A stretch of DNA of 58,570 bases from positions 1 through 58,570 of IMG/VR virus record IMGVR_UViG_3300006153_000019. One strand, given 5' to 3'. The notes below the pieces were generated by a model that saw only the letters and a program-made list of their open reading frames with translations, was not told the DNA's origin and did not search any database. The stretch is from a virus. Numbering within the stretch: the first letter of the stretch is position 1; each line of letters begins with the position of its first letter. Below, in pieces: positions 1 to 8,050 of the stretch. The position numbers and the translations under genes are program-made.

Positions 1-25
1 ATGTCGCGCCCATTTCCTAATGCCT
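1..25. repeat. 25-bp terminal direct repeat identical to 58546..58570 (circular-contig overlap or short DTR)
   Basis: atgtcgcgcccatttcctaatgcct is present at both window ends; a promoter at 37..70 points across the junction. Confidence 0.9.
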
Positions 26-36
26 TTTATGCTTAT

Positions 37-70
37 ATTGTACCGCAGTTTGGCGGGGTAGTTGTACCAA
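37..70 (-). promoter_or_regulatory. TGGTACAA-N19-TACAAT promoter firing across the circular junction toward 58434..58080
   Basis: minus strand reads TTGGTACAA, 19 nt, TACAAT; same architecture as 10 other sites. Confidence 0.5.
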
Positions 71-78
71 GTTAAAGA

Positions 79-249
79 CTATTCTTCCTTATACGGACAA
101 CTTTCTTTTCCTTCATATTCCCGACAGCACTTAAAGTGCATATCTTCCTCTTCTGCTTTCTCGTTGTGGCAAATACAACCATCATTAAAACTTTCTCCTT
201 CTATATCGTCAGAAAAAGTTTCATGATATTTACAATCAAAACATTCCAT
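79..249 (-). CDS. small acidic Cys-rich protein (zinc-ribbon-like), hypothetical
   Basis: ORF 79..342 trimmed to the ATG 8 nt after GGGAGG; the upstream part of the ORF overlaps the tRNA-like element. Confidence 0.5.
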   Translation of the reverse strand: MECFDCKYHETFSDDIEGESFNDGCICHNEKAEEEDMHFKCCREYEGKESCPYKEE

Positions 250-307
250 TTCCATATCCTCCCTTTTGTGGTTTCCGACAGGGGAAAACTCCCCTATCAG
301 AGTTAAA

Positions 308-421
308 TGGATAGGCAGGAATCGAACCTGCATATTAGGCACACTATAGCCACGGAGATTTGCACTCCTTTTCGTTTCGGATTGCCTCCTACTCCGGCTC
401 TTCCAATTAAGCTACTATCCA
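308..421 (-). ncRNA. 113-nt tRNA-like element with extra hairpins, not a canonical tRNA
   Basis: 7-bp acceptor TGGATAG/CTATCCA, D arm GCTT-AATTGGAA-GAGC, T arm GCAGG-TTCGATT-CCTGC (315..331); about 35 nt too long, no clean anticodon arm. Confidence 0.45.
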
Positions 422-806
422 CTTATGCACCGAATAGTCCCACACAGCTCACGGTGCTATGGTCTGCTTCCTTATTGTCGCTTTCGCTTGCCGCCGCAGT
501 CATACTATGTATGCCGTTCTTTCAGACCTCTTCCACTTTGTCCATTTTCTGTCTGCAAGGACTGTGCAATTTATGCGTTTCTTAAAAACTCCCCGACACT
601 CCTTTTGAGCCGCACTTATTCACTCCGAAACGCTATCAGACCGCTTGTATATGCCCACAACATAGCCGCCGTATCGTCATGCTGTTTCGTACTTGCTGCC
701 ATCTGATAAGTTTTTTCTGACACTATTACGGTAGGTAATCAGCCTTTAGAAGATTCTCACAATACCCAACGCCCTTACTATGATAGTGTTTGGTTTTTGT
801 GGTATT
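422..806 (-). ncRNA. about 385-nt ORF-free, relatively GC-rich transcript segment between a promoter and the tRNA-like element; candidate structured RNA
   Basis: no plausible minus-strand ORF; the plus-strand ORFs 307..585 and 425..706 look like shadow ORFs; lies downstream of promoter 813..845. Confidence 0.3.
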
Positions 807-812
807 GTAATT

Positions 813-845
813 ATGATACCATAAGTTTTAATAAATTTGTACCAA
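813..845 (-). promoter_or_regulatory. TGGTACAA-type promoter (18-nt spacer, TATCAT) for the non-coding region and tRNA-like element
   Basis: minus strand reads TTGGTACAA ATTTATTAAAACTTATGG TATCAT. Confidence 0.45.
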
Positions 846-866
846 GTTATACGCAAAAGAGCAGCA

Positions 867-1067
867 TCACTGCCGCCCCTTGTCGTGGGAGATTTTTTCA
901 TCAACGCACATCTCGATAAAAGCAGATAAAGACATTCCAGCTTCTTTAGCCGCCGTCTGATACTCTACTTTCTTTCCTTTGCTCGCCATAACTGTAATTC
1001 TATCATACTTTTCTTTTTGATACTCATTGATATACGCAAAAGCCGCCTTTTTATCTGCAAAAGCCAT
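867..1067 (-). CDS. ribbon-helix-helix (CopG/Arc-like) DNA-binding protein
   Basis: 66 aa; KYDRITVMASKG strand followed by two helices; divergent from promoter 1150..1178, which carries direct repeats agcatatttaaact. Confidence 0.55.
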   Translation of the reverse strand: MAFADKKAAFAYINEYQKEKYDRITVMASKGKKVEYQTAAKEAGMSLSAFIEMCVDEKISHDKGRQ

Positions 1068-1149
1068 ACCTCCTTACCTCCTGTCAAAATTTATAATATC
1101 ACTTCAAAGAAAAGATTTCAAGCATATTTAAACTTTTTTAAAAATATTC

Positions 1150-1178
1150 TTGACAGCATATTTAAACTATGCTAATAT
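1150..1178 (+). promoter_or_regulatory. sigma-70-like promoter (TTGACA, 17 nt, TAATAT) with flanking direct repeats
   Basis: TTGACA at 1150..1155 and TAATAT at 1173..1178; agcatatttaaact is repeated at about 1121 and 1155. Confidence 0.55.
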
Positions 1179-1248
1179 AGACTTATCAAAGGAACGGAGG
1201 ATATGGGAAACGGCAAAAACATTATGGGAAACATTTGAAAGTGCATAT

Positions 1249-1410
1249 TTGAGCGCAACTCGCATTCCTTGGAGAATATACGGAAACCATTCTCACAAAC
1301 TAATCTGTGCTGATTATGGCTCTCTCAAAGATGATGATACTCTTGACGATTTGGAAGTTGTCAAATGCACCAAGAAAAACGGATACTGGCGAATAGTGGT
1401 AGCTGATTAA
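1249..1410 (+). CDS. hypothetical small protein, start uncertain (ORF has no ATG; TTG at 1249)
   Basis: the 5' end of ORF 1150..1410 is occupied by the promoter; an 11-codon uORF MGNGKNIMGNI (1203..1238) has the only good SD. Confidence 0.25.
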   Translation: MSATRIPWRIYGNHSHKLICADYGSLKDDDTLDDLEVVKCTKKNGYWRIVVAD

Positions 1411-1453
1411 CCACCCACCCGGCGGGGTTGCGCCGGGAGAAAGAAGGGAAGAT

Positions 1454-1693
1454 ATGTATAATGCAAATAACATTAGAACATTAAGAAAAGTAGTTAAGGA
1501 AATGAAAAAAGATGAAACACTATATATCAATGCTATCTGCCTTACCACTAATGCAATTGAACAGCTTCGGAACTATATAAAAGAAAACATCCTTTTGCCG
1601 GACGAATCAGAGGTCGAACAGCTTTACAGTGATATACAAGCAGTTATGAGTGGGAAAACTATACTTCCCCAAATGACATACATTAGGCAGTAA
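1454..1693 (+). CDS. hypothetical protein
   Basis: 79-aa ORF, ATG 16 nt after a GC hairpin and AGAAAG-SD element. Confidence 0.55.
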   Translation: MYNANNIRTLRKVVKEMKKDETLYINAICLTTNAIEQLRNYIKENILLPDESEVEQLYSDIQAVMSGKTILPQMTYIRQ

Positions 1694-1739
1694 TTTCCCC
1701 CATCCCTGCCGGGTAATGCAGGGAGAAAGCGAGAAGGAT

Positions 1740-2021
1740 ATGACAATAATTTATGATGTAATTGCAAAAAGACATAGTAATTGCAGTCGCCCAGACGTTA
1801 TTCTCTTTTATGACGAAGATAGAGAAACAGCAATAAAATTCATGGGAGATTATGACAAGAAAAACGGTTTCACCATTTATGAAAAGGATGGAAGATTTAC
1901 AATAGCTGATATAATCTTACGCGAGAGAACACTCACCGGGGAGGAAATAAGCCGGAAACCCTATATTAAAATTTTTGACGAATGTGGTAGAAGGAGAAAA
2001 GAAGAACAGGCGGTAGGATAA
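1740..2021 (+). CDS. hypothetical protein
   Basis: ORF 1716..2021 trimmed to the ATG 16 nt after the second hairpin and AGAAAG-SD element. Confidence 0.55.
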   Translation: MTIIYDVIAKRHSNCSRPDVILFYDEDRETAIKFMGDYDKKNGFTIYEKDGRFTIADIILRERTLTGEEISRKPYIKIFDECGRRRKEEQAVG

Positions 2022-2039
2022 CACCTACCGCCCTTTTTC
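2009..2039 (+). terminator. rho-independent terminator
   Basis: ggcggtagg-ataaca-cctaccgcc followed by ctttttc. Confidence 0.7.
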
Positions 2040-2582
2040 TTACATTTCCGCAATTTCCCTTGCGTATTTTTTCACGATTTCCCTTTCTTCCCGGCAGTCA
2101 GCGTCGCGGCAAATCTGCTTTACCATAGACGATACGCCGCACATAAAGTCCTCTAATGCGTCGAGCATACGTCCTTTGCTCCCTTCGTCCCGGCTGTTGG
2201 AATATTCCATCTTCCGGCTCCTGTACTCGTCCATATCGGTATCATCACCGGACAGACGGGAATAGTGGCTCGGGCGGTGCATATATTCCCCGGTGCGCTG
2301 GTTGCGTCCTCTGCGGTATGAATTGCCGTTGTCGTAGTTATCACGGGAATACCCGCGGTCACGGCTGTTACCGCCGCCATAACCACCATCACGGCTGTAA
2401 TCCTCCATGTCCCGGCTATATCCGTCCCTGGAATACTCGCCGCCATCCTGCATCATGTTGATTTTGTCCACGCCTTTCATAATCTCCACCAGCTTATAGG
2501 CATTGTCAAGGTTGGAAGAAGTCAAGCCTTTTTCCTCAATCGCTTTTAACTCTTTTTCTGCGTTTTCTCTCAATTTATGCAT
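2040..2582 (-). CDS. low-complexity protein with YSRD/GYSRD repeats, hypothetical
   Basis: 180-aa ORF, SD AGGGAGG; repeats DGYSRD, DYSRDGG, RGYSRDNY; the overlapping ORFs 2153..2446 and 2156..2461 are repeat shadows. Confidence 0.6.
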   Translation of the reverse strand: MHKLRENAEKELKAIEEKGLTSSNLDNAYKLVEIMKGVDKINMMQDGGEYSRDGYSRDMEDYSRDGGYGGGNSRDRGYSRDNYDNGNSYRRGRNQRTGEYMHRPSHYSRLSGDDTDMDEYRSRKMEYSNSRDEGSKGRMLDALEDFMCGVSSMVKQICRDADCREEREIVKKYAREIAEM

Positions 2583-2585
2583 AGC

Positions 2586-3011
2586 TTAGCCCTCCCTGTT
2601 AATCGTGATGTTTGCGTTCTGCATATCAATCGCCTGTGTGGAGGTGTTTTTGATTGATACCTGCACGCAGCAACCCTTCGGAATCCATACATCTGTAGCC
2701 ATAGCCACATTGAAGTAATCGCCAACTGCTGCCGGGGTTACGATTGCATTTGTGGATAAGTCTGCCTCTCCGTTGATTGCGATTGCAACAGATATCGGGC
2801 CAGCCGTTCCTCCATTCGCAACAGCGATATTGCCAGAAAAGATTACCCTGTATTTTGCTCTGCAATTCTGCGTACACCCACGAACTGTAAACTGTCCGCT
2901 TCCTGTTCTATGTAAGACAAGACCTTTATTGCAGCATGATGTTTCCCCAGAAAACAAAGCGTTCTGATTTTCCTGTATTGTCTGTACAGGAACATTTACA
3001 AATTCTGCCAT
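2586..3011 (-). CDS. beta-jellyroll protein resembling BclA-C-terminal / DUF3992 (exosporium or spore-appendage type) domains, with paired cysteines
   Basis: 141 aa from the ATG after GGAGGAAAATAAC; pattern YRVIFSGNIAV..GPISVAIAINGE..VSIKNTS..NANITI; CC pairs near both ends. Confidence 0.4.
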   Translation of the reverse strand: MAEFVNVPVQTIQENQNALFSGETSCCNKGLVLHRTGSGQFTVRGCTQNCRAKYRVIFSGNIAVANGGTAGPISVAIAINGEADLSTNAIVTPAAVGDYFNVAMATDVWIPKGCCVQVSIKNTSTQAIDMQNANITINREG

Positions 3012-3072
3012 GTTATTTTCCTCCAAATAAAAAACTACCAACTGTTTATAGCTGATAGTTTCTGAATTTCTG

Positions 3073-3807
3073 TTATTTTCTTAGTTCTGCTGGAAACTCT
3101 TGTATGAGTGGTTCTTCCCATATCTCCGTAAGACTGGATTTCATAAAGAGGGGAATATCTGATTTTCTACACTCATTCACAATATCTTCAATCCACTTTC
3201 GTTCCGGCACAACCTTATCTTTTCTCCGTCCGGTTTCTGCTCCTATAATTACCCAATCAATCCCTCTAATGTGAAATTCTTTGAACGGTTCTAATAATGG
3301 TTCGATACTAATAAAAGTTTTGATAGAATGATGTGTTGAAAAGTCACATTTATTTCCCATAGGACCAGTCTGTGACCAACCAAACCACATATTCGGCGGC
3401 ATATATCGGTCAAGTATCTTTTCATACCTCTTTGGATTTTTCGTAAGAAAGATATAATTGTGCTGTGGTGCTTTCTCGCAAGCCTTAAATACTTCCTGAA
3501 TCCAACTATCCGGCACCCAATCACCGAACAAATCCGCCATAGAGCAGACAAATATGTTTCTTCCTTGCTTTCCTATGTAATCATTCAAGCGATATCTGTG
3601 GAATGTAGGACTAAAACTGTGCGGATATGCAAGTGCTTTTCCGTCACTTCCTTTTATCGGCTCTGATTCATCAAAAACATTTGCATATTTCTGTTTTCCT
3701 CCGAATCTTTCAGCAATACCTCTTGCATAGCAGTATTCGCAACCATGCAGACACCCAGTAACCGGATTCCATGTGCTGTCGCACCAATCAATCTTTGTTT
3801 TGTTCAT
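3073..3807 (-). CDS. phage Gp37/Gp68 family protein (DUF5131)
   Basis: N-terminus KIDWCDSTWNPVTGCLHGCEYCYA is the family signature; ATG after GGAGGG. Confidence 0.8.
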   Translation of the reverse strand: MNKTKIDWCDSTWNPVTGCLHGCEYCYARGIAERFGGKQKYANVFDESEPIKGSDGKALAYPHSFSPTFHRYRLNDYIGKQGRNIFVCSMADLFGDWVPDSWIQEVFKACEKAPQHNYIFLTKNPKRYEKILDRYMPPNMWFGWSQTGPMGNKCDFSTHHSIKTFISIEPLLEPFKEFHIRGIDWVIIGAETGRRKDKVVPERKWIEDIVNECRKSDIPLFMKSSLTEIWEEPLIQEFPAELRK

Positions 3808-3840
3808 GTAAATTCCCTCCACAATTTATTTGATATGTAT

Positions 3841-3874
3841 ATTTTATCATGGAAAGAACTTGCATTTGTACCAA
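3841..3874 (-). promoter_or_regulatory. TGGTACAA-N19-TAAAAT promoter for 3807..2040
   Basis: minus strand reads TTGGTACAA, 19 nt, TAAAAT. Confidence 0.5.
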
Positions 3875-4036
3875 GATAACAGCCACAGAAACCCACAAAC
3901 TATCAGCTATATTCAGTTGTCAATGTCCAGTTAATCGCAAAAGGACAGAATCCATGTTCTGCCCTCCCACGTTGTAATAACGGCTCATGCCGAACATTTC
4001 CGATGTTTCACGGAAAAGATACTCTTTTTTCAGTTT

Positions 4037-4852
4037 TTAGCAGTTGCCGCACTGATTGCAGTTACCGCCCCAACCGCCTCCGTTGAACTGTCCGCAGCAG
4101 TTTGTCGGGAATGTAACGGGCTGCGGTGGCTGAACAACATAGGCAGGTGTCGGGCAGTCTGCACCAAGTCTGCGGATAAGTTCGGCAGTCTGCGCCTGCT
4201 GATTAGCTGTGATAAATGCGTTCTGTGCCGTCTGGCTTGCCTGGAATGAAAGTTTCTGGTTTTCCAGTTCAAGCGCATGAATACGCTCTGCCTGTCTGTT
4301 AGCTTCCATCTGGTCAAGCCTTGCAATAACCCTGTCAGTGTCATTGTGGGTAGACTGGATAATGTCGCAAGTGTTCTTTGCGCCAGAATACATCAGGTCT
4401 TTAATGTCCCCACGTACATCACAGCAGCACTGCTGTGCGTTGAACATCATGGTTGTAAGCTGCTGCATAAGTGCTGCCTGCTGATTGCACCTGGACAATT
4501 CCGCCTGTGCAAATCCCTGCATTACATTAGTTCCAAGGTTATTTACTGCTCCGGTAACGGCATAAGTGCTGTCACAGATTCCATTGCTGATTCCGTCCAG
4601 CTTAGAGATGATAGACTGCGTGTCAAACCCTCTCTGAAGGTCTGCCTGTGTCGCAAATCCCATCATTGCGCCGCCAGCACCATTACCGCCGAAGCCGCCT
4701 CCCCAGCCGCCGAAGCCTCCCCAGCCGAACATGGAGAACAGGAAGAAAAGCGCAAGCATTCCCAACATGTCTCCACCCCAGCCGCAATTATTGTTTCCGT
4801 TGTTGCCGCTTAACAGAGCAACATCAGAAGCTGATAATCCGTCCGAATTCAT
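4037..4852 (-). CDS. membrane protein with Gly/Trp-rich TM region, coiled coil and Cys-rich C-terminus, hypothetical
   Basis: 271-aa ORF, SD GGAGGT; FGWGGFGGWGGGFGG segment, CCC motif, C-terminal NCCGQFNGGGWGGNCNQCGNC. Confidence 0.6.
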   Translation of the reverse strand: MNSDGLSASDVALLSGNNGNNNCGWGGDMLGMLALFFLFSMFGWGGFGGWGGGFGGNGAGGAMMGFATQADLQRGFDTQSIISKLDGISNGICDSTYAVTGAVNNLGTNVMQGFAQAELSRCNQQAALMQQLTTMMFNAQQCCCDVRGDIKDLMYSGAKNTCDIIQSTHNDTDRVIARLDQMEANRQAERIHALELENQKLSFQASQTAQNAFITANQQAQTAELIRRLGADCPTPAYVVQPPQPVTFPTNCCGQFNGGGWGGNCNQCGNC

Positions 4853-4911
4853 GTAACATATACCTCCATATGTGATTTATTTACAAAACCGTCAAGCGGT
4901 TATGTAGCGAT

Positions 4912-5157
4912 TTAAAACATTCCCTTAAATAACCCCTGCGCCATTTGTGCCATTTGATTAGCCTGTTCAATCTGCTGCTGATTGACTTTGCCGGAGCGCA
5001 AAAGCTCATTCATTTTATCCTGTGGGTTTACACCCTGCATTTCCTGCCGGAACCGTTTAAACTCATTCATCATCTGGGAGAATTTATTTCCCCCTTGCGC
5101 CGGAAGTCCGCCCTGCGCCTGTTTGTTTCCCATCATTCCCATTAACGGATTCGCCAT
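4912..5157 (-). CDS. Gln/Met-rich small protein, hypothetical
   Basis: 81-aa ORF with strong SD AAGGAGG; its start lies inside the 3' end of the upstream ORF. Confidence 0.55.
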   Translation of the reverse strand: MANPLMGMMGNKQAQGGLPAQGGNKFSQMMNEFKRFRQEMQGVNPQDKMNELLRSGKVNQQQIEQANQMAQMAQGLFKGMF

Positions 5158-5647
5158 TGCTCACAACCTCCTTATTCGCCTTTACAGGCTGTTTTTCCTG
5201 TGCATTGGTAAATTGTTCAATCATTGCCTTTAACTGCTCAAATTCGCCCCTCTGGACGTATTGAGAGAGGTCTATTTGTGGTTGCTCTGTTGGCATTGCC
5301 TGTTGATTGATTTCAGATTCTGAAACTTCCTGCACAAAAAAAGCATGAAATTCAGGGCTTCCAACCTTATTAACAGATTTATGGTAAATGTATGGATTAT
5401 TGTTATCCATCATCCATACTGCATGACCAGGCTGTACAATCTGATTCTTTGCACCCTCAATTCCTGCAACATAAACCCAATTAACATTTTGCGTTGGTGC
5501 CGTTTGCTGTTCTTGTACATTCTGCTGATTCCAACCGTTATTTTGTTGATTATAAAAACTCTGCATAAGCATATTTCGTCGTTGCATATATTCCTGCTCC
5601 AACTGCGCCATTTGCTGATTCAGTGCAGGATTTATTGGTAATGCCAT
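5084..5647 (-). CDS. Gln/Asn-rich protein, hypothetical
   Basis: ORF 5084..5689 trimmed to the ATG after GGAGGG; 74-nt out-of-frame overlap with 4912..5157. Confidence 0.55.
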   Translation of the reverse strand: MALPINPALNQQMAQLEQEYMQRRNMLMQSFYNQQNNGWNQQNVQEQQTAPTQNVNWVYVAGIEGAKNQIVQPGHAVWMMDNNNPYIYHKSVNKVGSPEFHAFFVQEVSESEINQQAMPTEQPQIDLSQYVQRGEFEQLKAMIEQFTNAQEKQPVKANKEVVSNGESVNGNDGKQTGAGRTSGARGK

Positions 5648-5763
5648 CTGAACGCCCTCCGATTTCTTTCTATGGGTAAATTTTTGCATAAAAAATAAGC
5701 CCTTAACAGTATCAAAAAGTACCGTTTTAGGCTTATATAAGTTCTTAAAAAGTTGTCAAAAAG

Positions 5764-6021
5764 TTACTGATTTTGTATCACATTTTTCCAGTATACGTTT
5801 TCAATCCATTCTTCCATGCGTTTTGTATCTGTCATTTTCAAGACTTTCCTGTTCACTCTCTGACTTATTTTCTTAATATCGTCATAGTCTAAAATTTCCG
5901 CACATTTTGCAAGAGGAATGTTCTGCCGCCTAAGTTCAAATACTTCTGCTTCTTTTTCATCAAAATTGCAGAATGTACGAAAATATTCAACTTGCGGCAA
6001 AGTCAAATCATATACTTTCAA
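5764..6021 (-). CDS. sigma-70 region-4-like HTH protein (candidate phage transcription regulator)
   Basis: EAEVFELRRQNIPLAKCAEILDYDDIKKISQRVNRKV resembles a region 4.2 HTH; TTG start after GAGGTAGGG. Confidence 0.45.
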   Translation of the reverse strand: MKVYDLTLPQVEYFRTFCNFDEKEAEVFELRRQNIPLAKCAEILDYDDIKKISQRVNRKVLKMTDTKRMEEWIENVYWKNVIQNQ

Positions 6022-6066
6022 ATTTATCCCTACCTCTTTTTCTTCTTTCTCGCTACGCCTTTAGCT

Positions 6067-6347
6067 TTACCGTTCTTCTTGCTCATTCTCCGGTATTTCT
6101 GCCCCATTCACAACATCTCCTTGCTCGCCAGTGTTGATGTTATTATAGCCGCTTCCGTCCTGCGTATAGCTTTCAAACTCATACTGATTAAGGAAAAAAC
6201 GAATCCTGCAATAGTGGCCGCCCACAATGCCAACACAACAAAGAAAGCAATCATCCACCGTTTAGATTGTCTTTTAATCTCTGACAGAAGCTCCAACACA
6301 AACACTTCTTTTTCTTCTTTTTCCTTCACATTATCCCTATTTTCCAT
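6067..6347 (-). pseudogene. small single-TM protein split over two frames at an A6/T6 run (6194..6199)
   Basis: ORF 6108..6404 (..KRWMIAFFVVLALWAATIAGFVF) continues as FFLNQYEFESYTQDG.. in ORF 6067..6258 after a -1 shift on GTTTTTTCC. Confidence 0.5.
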
Positions 6348-6509
6348 TCCCATACCTCCAGTATGTATTCCCATCATTATAGCAATTTTAGGGAGGGGTT
6401 GCAATCAGTCTTTGTCATATTCTTCATTGTAAATAGCCTGACCGCAATTCTGATAATGCCTTGCGTATGGACTGCACGTCCATTTACACGACGGGCACGC
6501 CCAATCCGC

Positions 6510-6818
6510 CTACCGGCCCGCTTCTGGGTTATGGACTATTTTCATTGGGATTTGTTTTACTTTCGCTTTCCATTCCCGTTCTTCTTTTTCCTGTTCAAAT
6601 TTTAACTTACTCAAATATTGGCTCGCAAGAAGATTAACCTTAGCTTCTAGGGGTCCGTTCTCCAATATGTCAATATATTTTTCCCTAAGTATTTTTTCTG
6701 ATTCAGACAACTTGAGCGTCAACTTTTGCATTTCTTCTGCTCTCCTGGTTTCTTCCCTTAAATAGTCTAAGAAATCTTCCGGATTTTCGTTTTTAATACC
6801 ACAAATGCTATATATCAT
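6510..6818 (-). CDS. coiled-coil protein, hypothetical
   Basis: 102-aa ORF, ATG directly follows the stop of 6819..7190. Confidence 0.55.
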   Translation of the reverse strand: MIYSICGIKNENPEDFLDYLREETRRAEEMQKLTLKLSESEKILREKYIDILENGPLEAKVNLLASQYLSKLKFEQEKEEREWKAKVKQIPMKIVHNPEAGR

Positions 6819-7190
6819 TTATCCCCTCTCCCAAAAATAAATAACATTCTTGCCACCGCTATCCCATGTATCAAAGTATTTTCCGTCCACCACCGTCACC
6901 ACATGCCCATCAAGGCCAAGCACATATGTCCCATGCGGGAAATTGCAGCAGAATTTGTAAACGTCCATAGGGTAATCCGGCTCATAGCGCACATATCCGT
7001 TGTCTGCCAGATATTCGCCCCATACTTTGTTTGCTGACAGAACGTCCTTTTGACGGTATGCAATCTGCACAAGGTCGTCAAATACTTCGTTCCATGTGCG
7101 CCCTGTAGCCTTACAGCACGCGCGAATGGCACAGTCGCCGACTCGCTTACCTGGAATAGGATTAGGATTGTATTTAATCCATACGCTCAT
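6819..7190 (-). CDS. possible papain-fold cysteine peptidase-like protein
   Basis: GDCAIRA (candidate nucleophile Cys) and a later HGTYVLGLDGHVV; weak call. Confidence 0.35.
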   Translation of the reverse strand: MSVWIKYNPNPIPGKRVGDCAIRACCKATGRTWNEVFDDLVQIAYRQKDVLSANKVWGEYLADNGYVRYEPDYPMDVYKFCCNFPHGTYVLGLDGHVVTVVDGKYFDTWDSGGKNVIYFWERG

Positions 7191-7710
7191 TATCATACCC
7201 CCATATATATCCGCCGCCCATTCCTGTTCTGCACCATTCAGAAATTATAGCTTTGGAATATTTTAATAATTCCGATGCAATGCAAGCAGAACGGTATTTT
7301 GCAATCAAAACCCCATCTAACGTTTTCTGATAAATCGGCTTTGATTTTGTATCAATAGCTCTCTTTTTTGCTGTACCGTAATTGTTATTATACTGATATG
7401 TACACCATTCAAGATTGGAAACAATGTTATTAAGTTTGTTTTCATCTTTATGATTTACACATGGCAAGTTTTCGGGATTAGGAATAAAGGTTTCAGCAAC
7501 AAGCCTATGAACTTGAAACTTTCTTCTGGTTCTGTCCTTTAAGTATAATGTCACAGTATGATATCCAGAATTTATCATAGTAGGCTTTAAATAAAACTCT
7601 TTCGGATTACCAAATTTTGAGCTTTCCCGAAAACTCTTTACCCTTCCAAGATTGCTGACCTGATACAATCCCTCATATCCTTTTACATCTTTCCAAATTT
7701 CCTCGCTCAT
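7174..7710 (-). CDS. HNH homing endonuclease with NUMOD4 N-terminal domain
   Basis: WKDVKGYEGLYQVSNLGRVKS (NUMOD4) and VHRLVAETFIPNPENLPCVNHKDENKLNN (HNH_3). Confidence 0.85.
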   Translation of the reverse strand: MSEEIWKDVKGYEGLYQVSNLGRVKSFRESSKFGNPKEFYLKPTMINSGYHTVTLYLKDRTRRKFQVHRLVAETFIPNPENLPCVNHKDENKLNNIVSNLEWCTYQYNNNYGTAKKRAIDTKSKPIYQKTLDGVLIAKYRSACIASELLKYSKAIISEWCRTGMGGGYIWGYDNERMD

Positions 7711-7730
7711 CTTCCCTACCTCCTACCACA

Positions 7731-7764
7731 ATTTTACAACAGATTCGGGCGGGGGTTGTACCAT
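7731..7764 (-). promoter_or_regulatory. TGGTACAA-N19-TAAAAT promoter for the HNH operon
   Basis: minus strand reads ATGGTACAA, 19 nt, TAAAAT, about 25 nt before the SD of 7710. Confidence 0.5.
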
Positions 7765-7805
7765 TTTTTAGACCTCTTTTATGCACAATGCAATGCTCTT
7801 TTCTA

Positions 7806-8050
7806 AATTTGAAGTAAATTTGAAGTAGTAAATAATTTTTAATCTGTTTAAACTGCTTAAAATAAGGTATTTATTGATATTATTAGCACTGTCAAGGGGT
7901 GAGTGCCAAAAATTTGAAAATACTTCCTCAAAGTATGCCAAAGTCTTATTTTTGCGGTAATTTAAAAACCTGTCAAAATTAAAACTACTTCAAATTTTTA
8001 TATACTACCTCATACTTTTTATAAATTTGAAGTAGTAATTGAAGTAGTAA
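7806..8050. repeat. putative attP: arm-type repeats TTGAAGTAGTAA (4 direct, 1 inverted) next to int
   Basis: copies at about 7806, 7818, 8024 and 8039, inverted copy at 7984..7996; immediately 3' of the integrase gene. Confidence 0.6.

Noticed and set aside
2153-2461. Two about 100-aa ORFs overlapping the YSRD-repeat gene
   Set aside because: They are alternative frames of a repetitive GC-rich segment. Only the 2040..2582 frame has an SD and is coupled to its neighbours.
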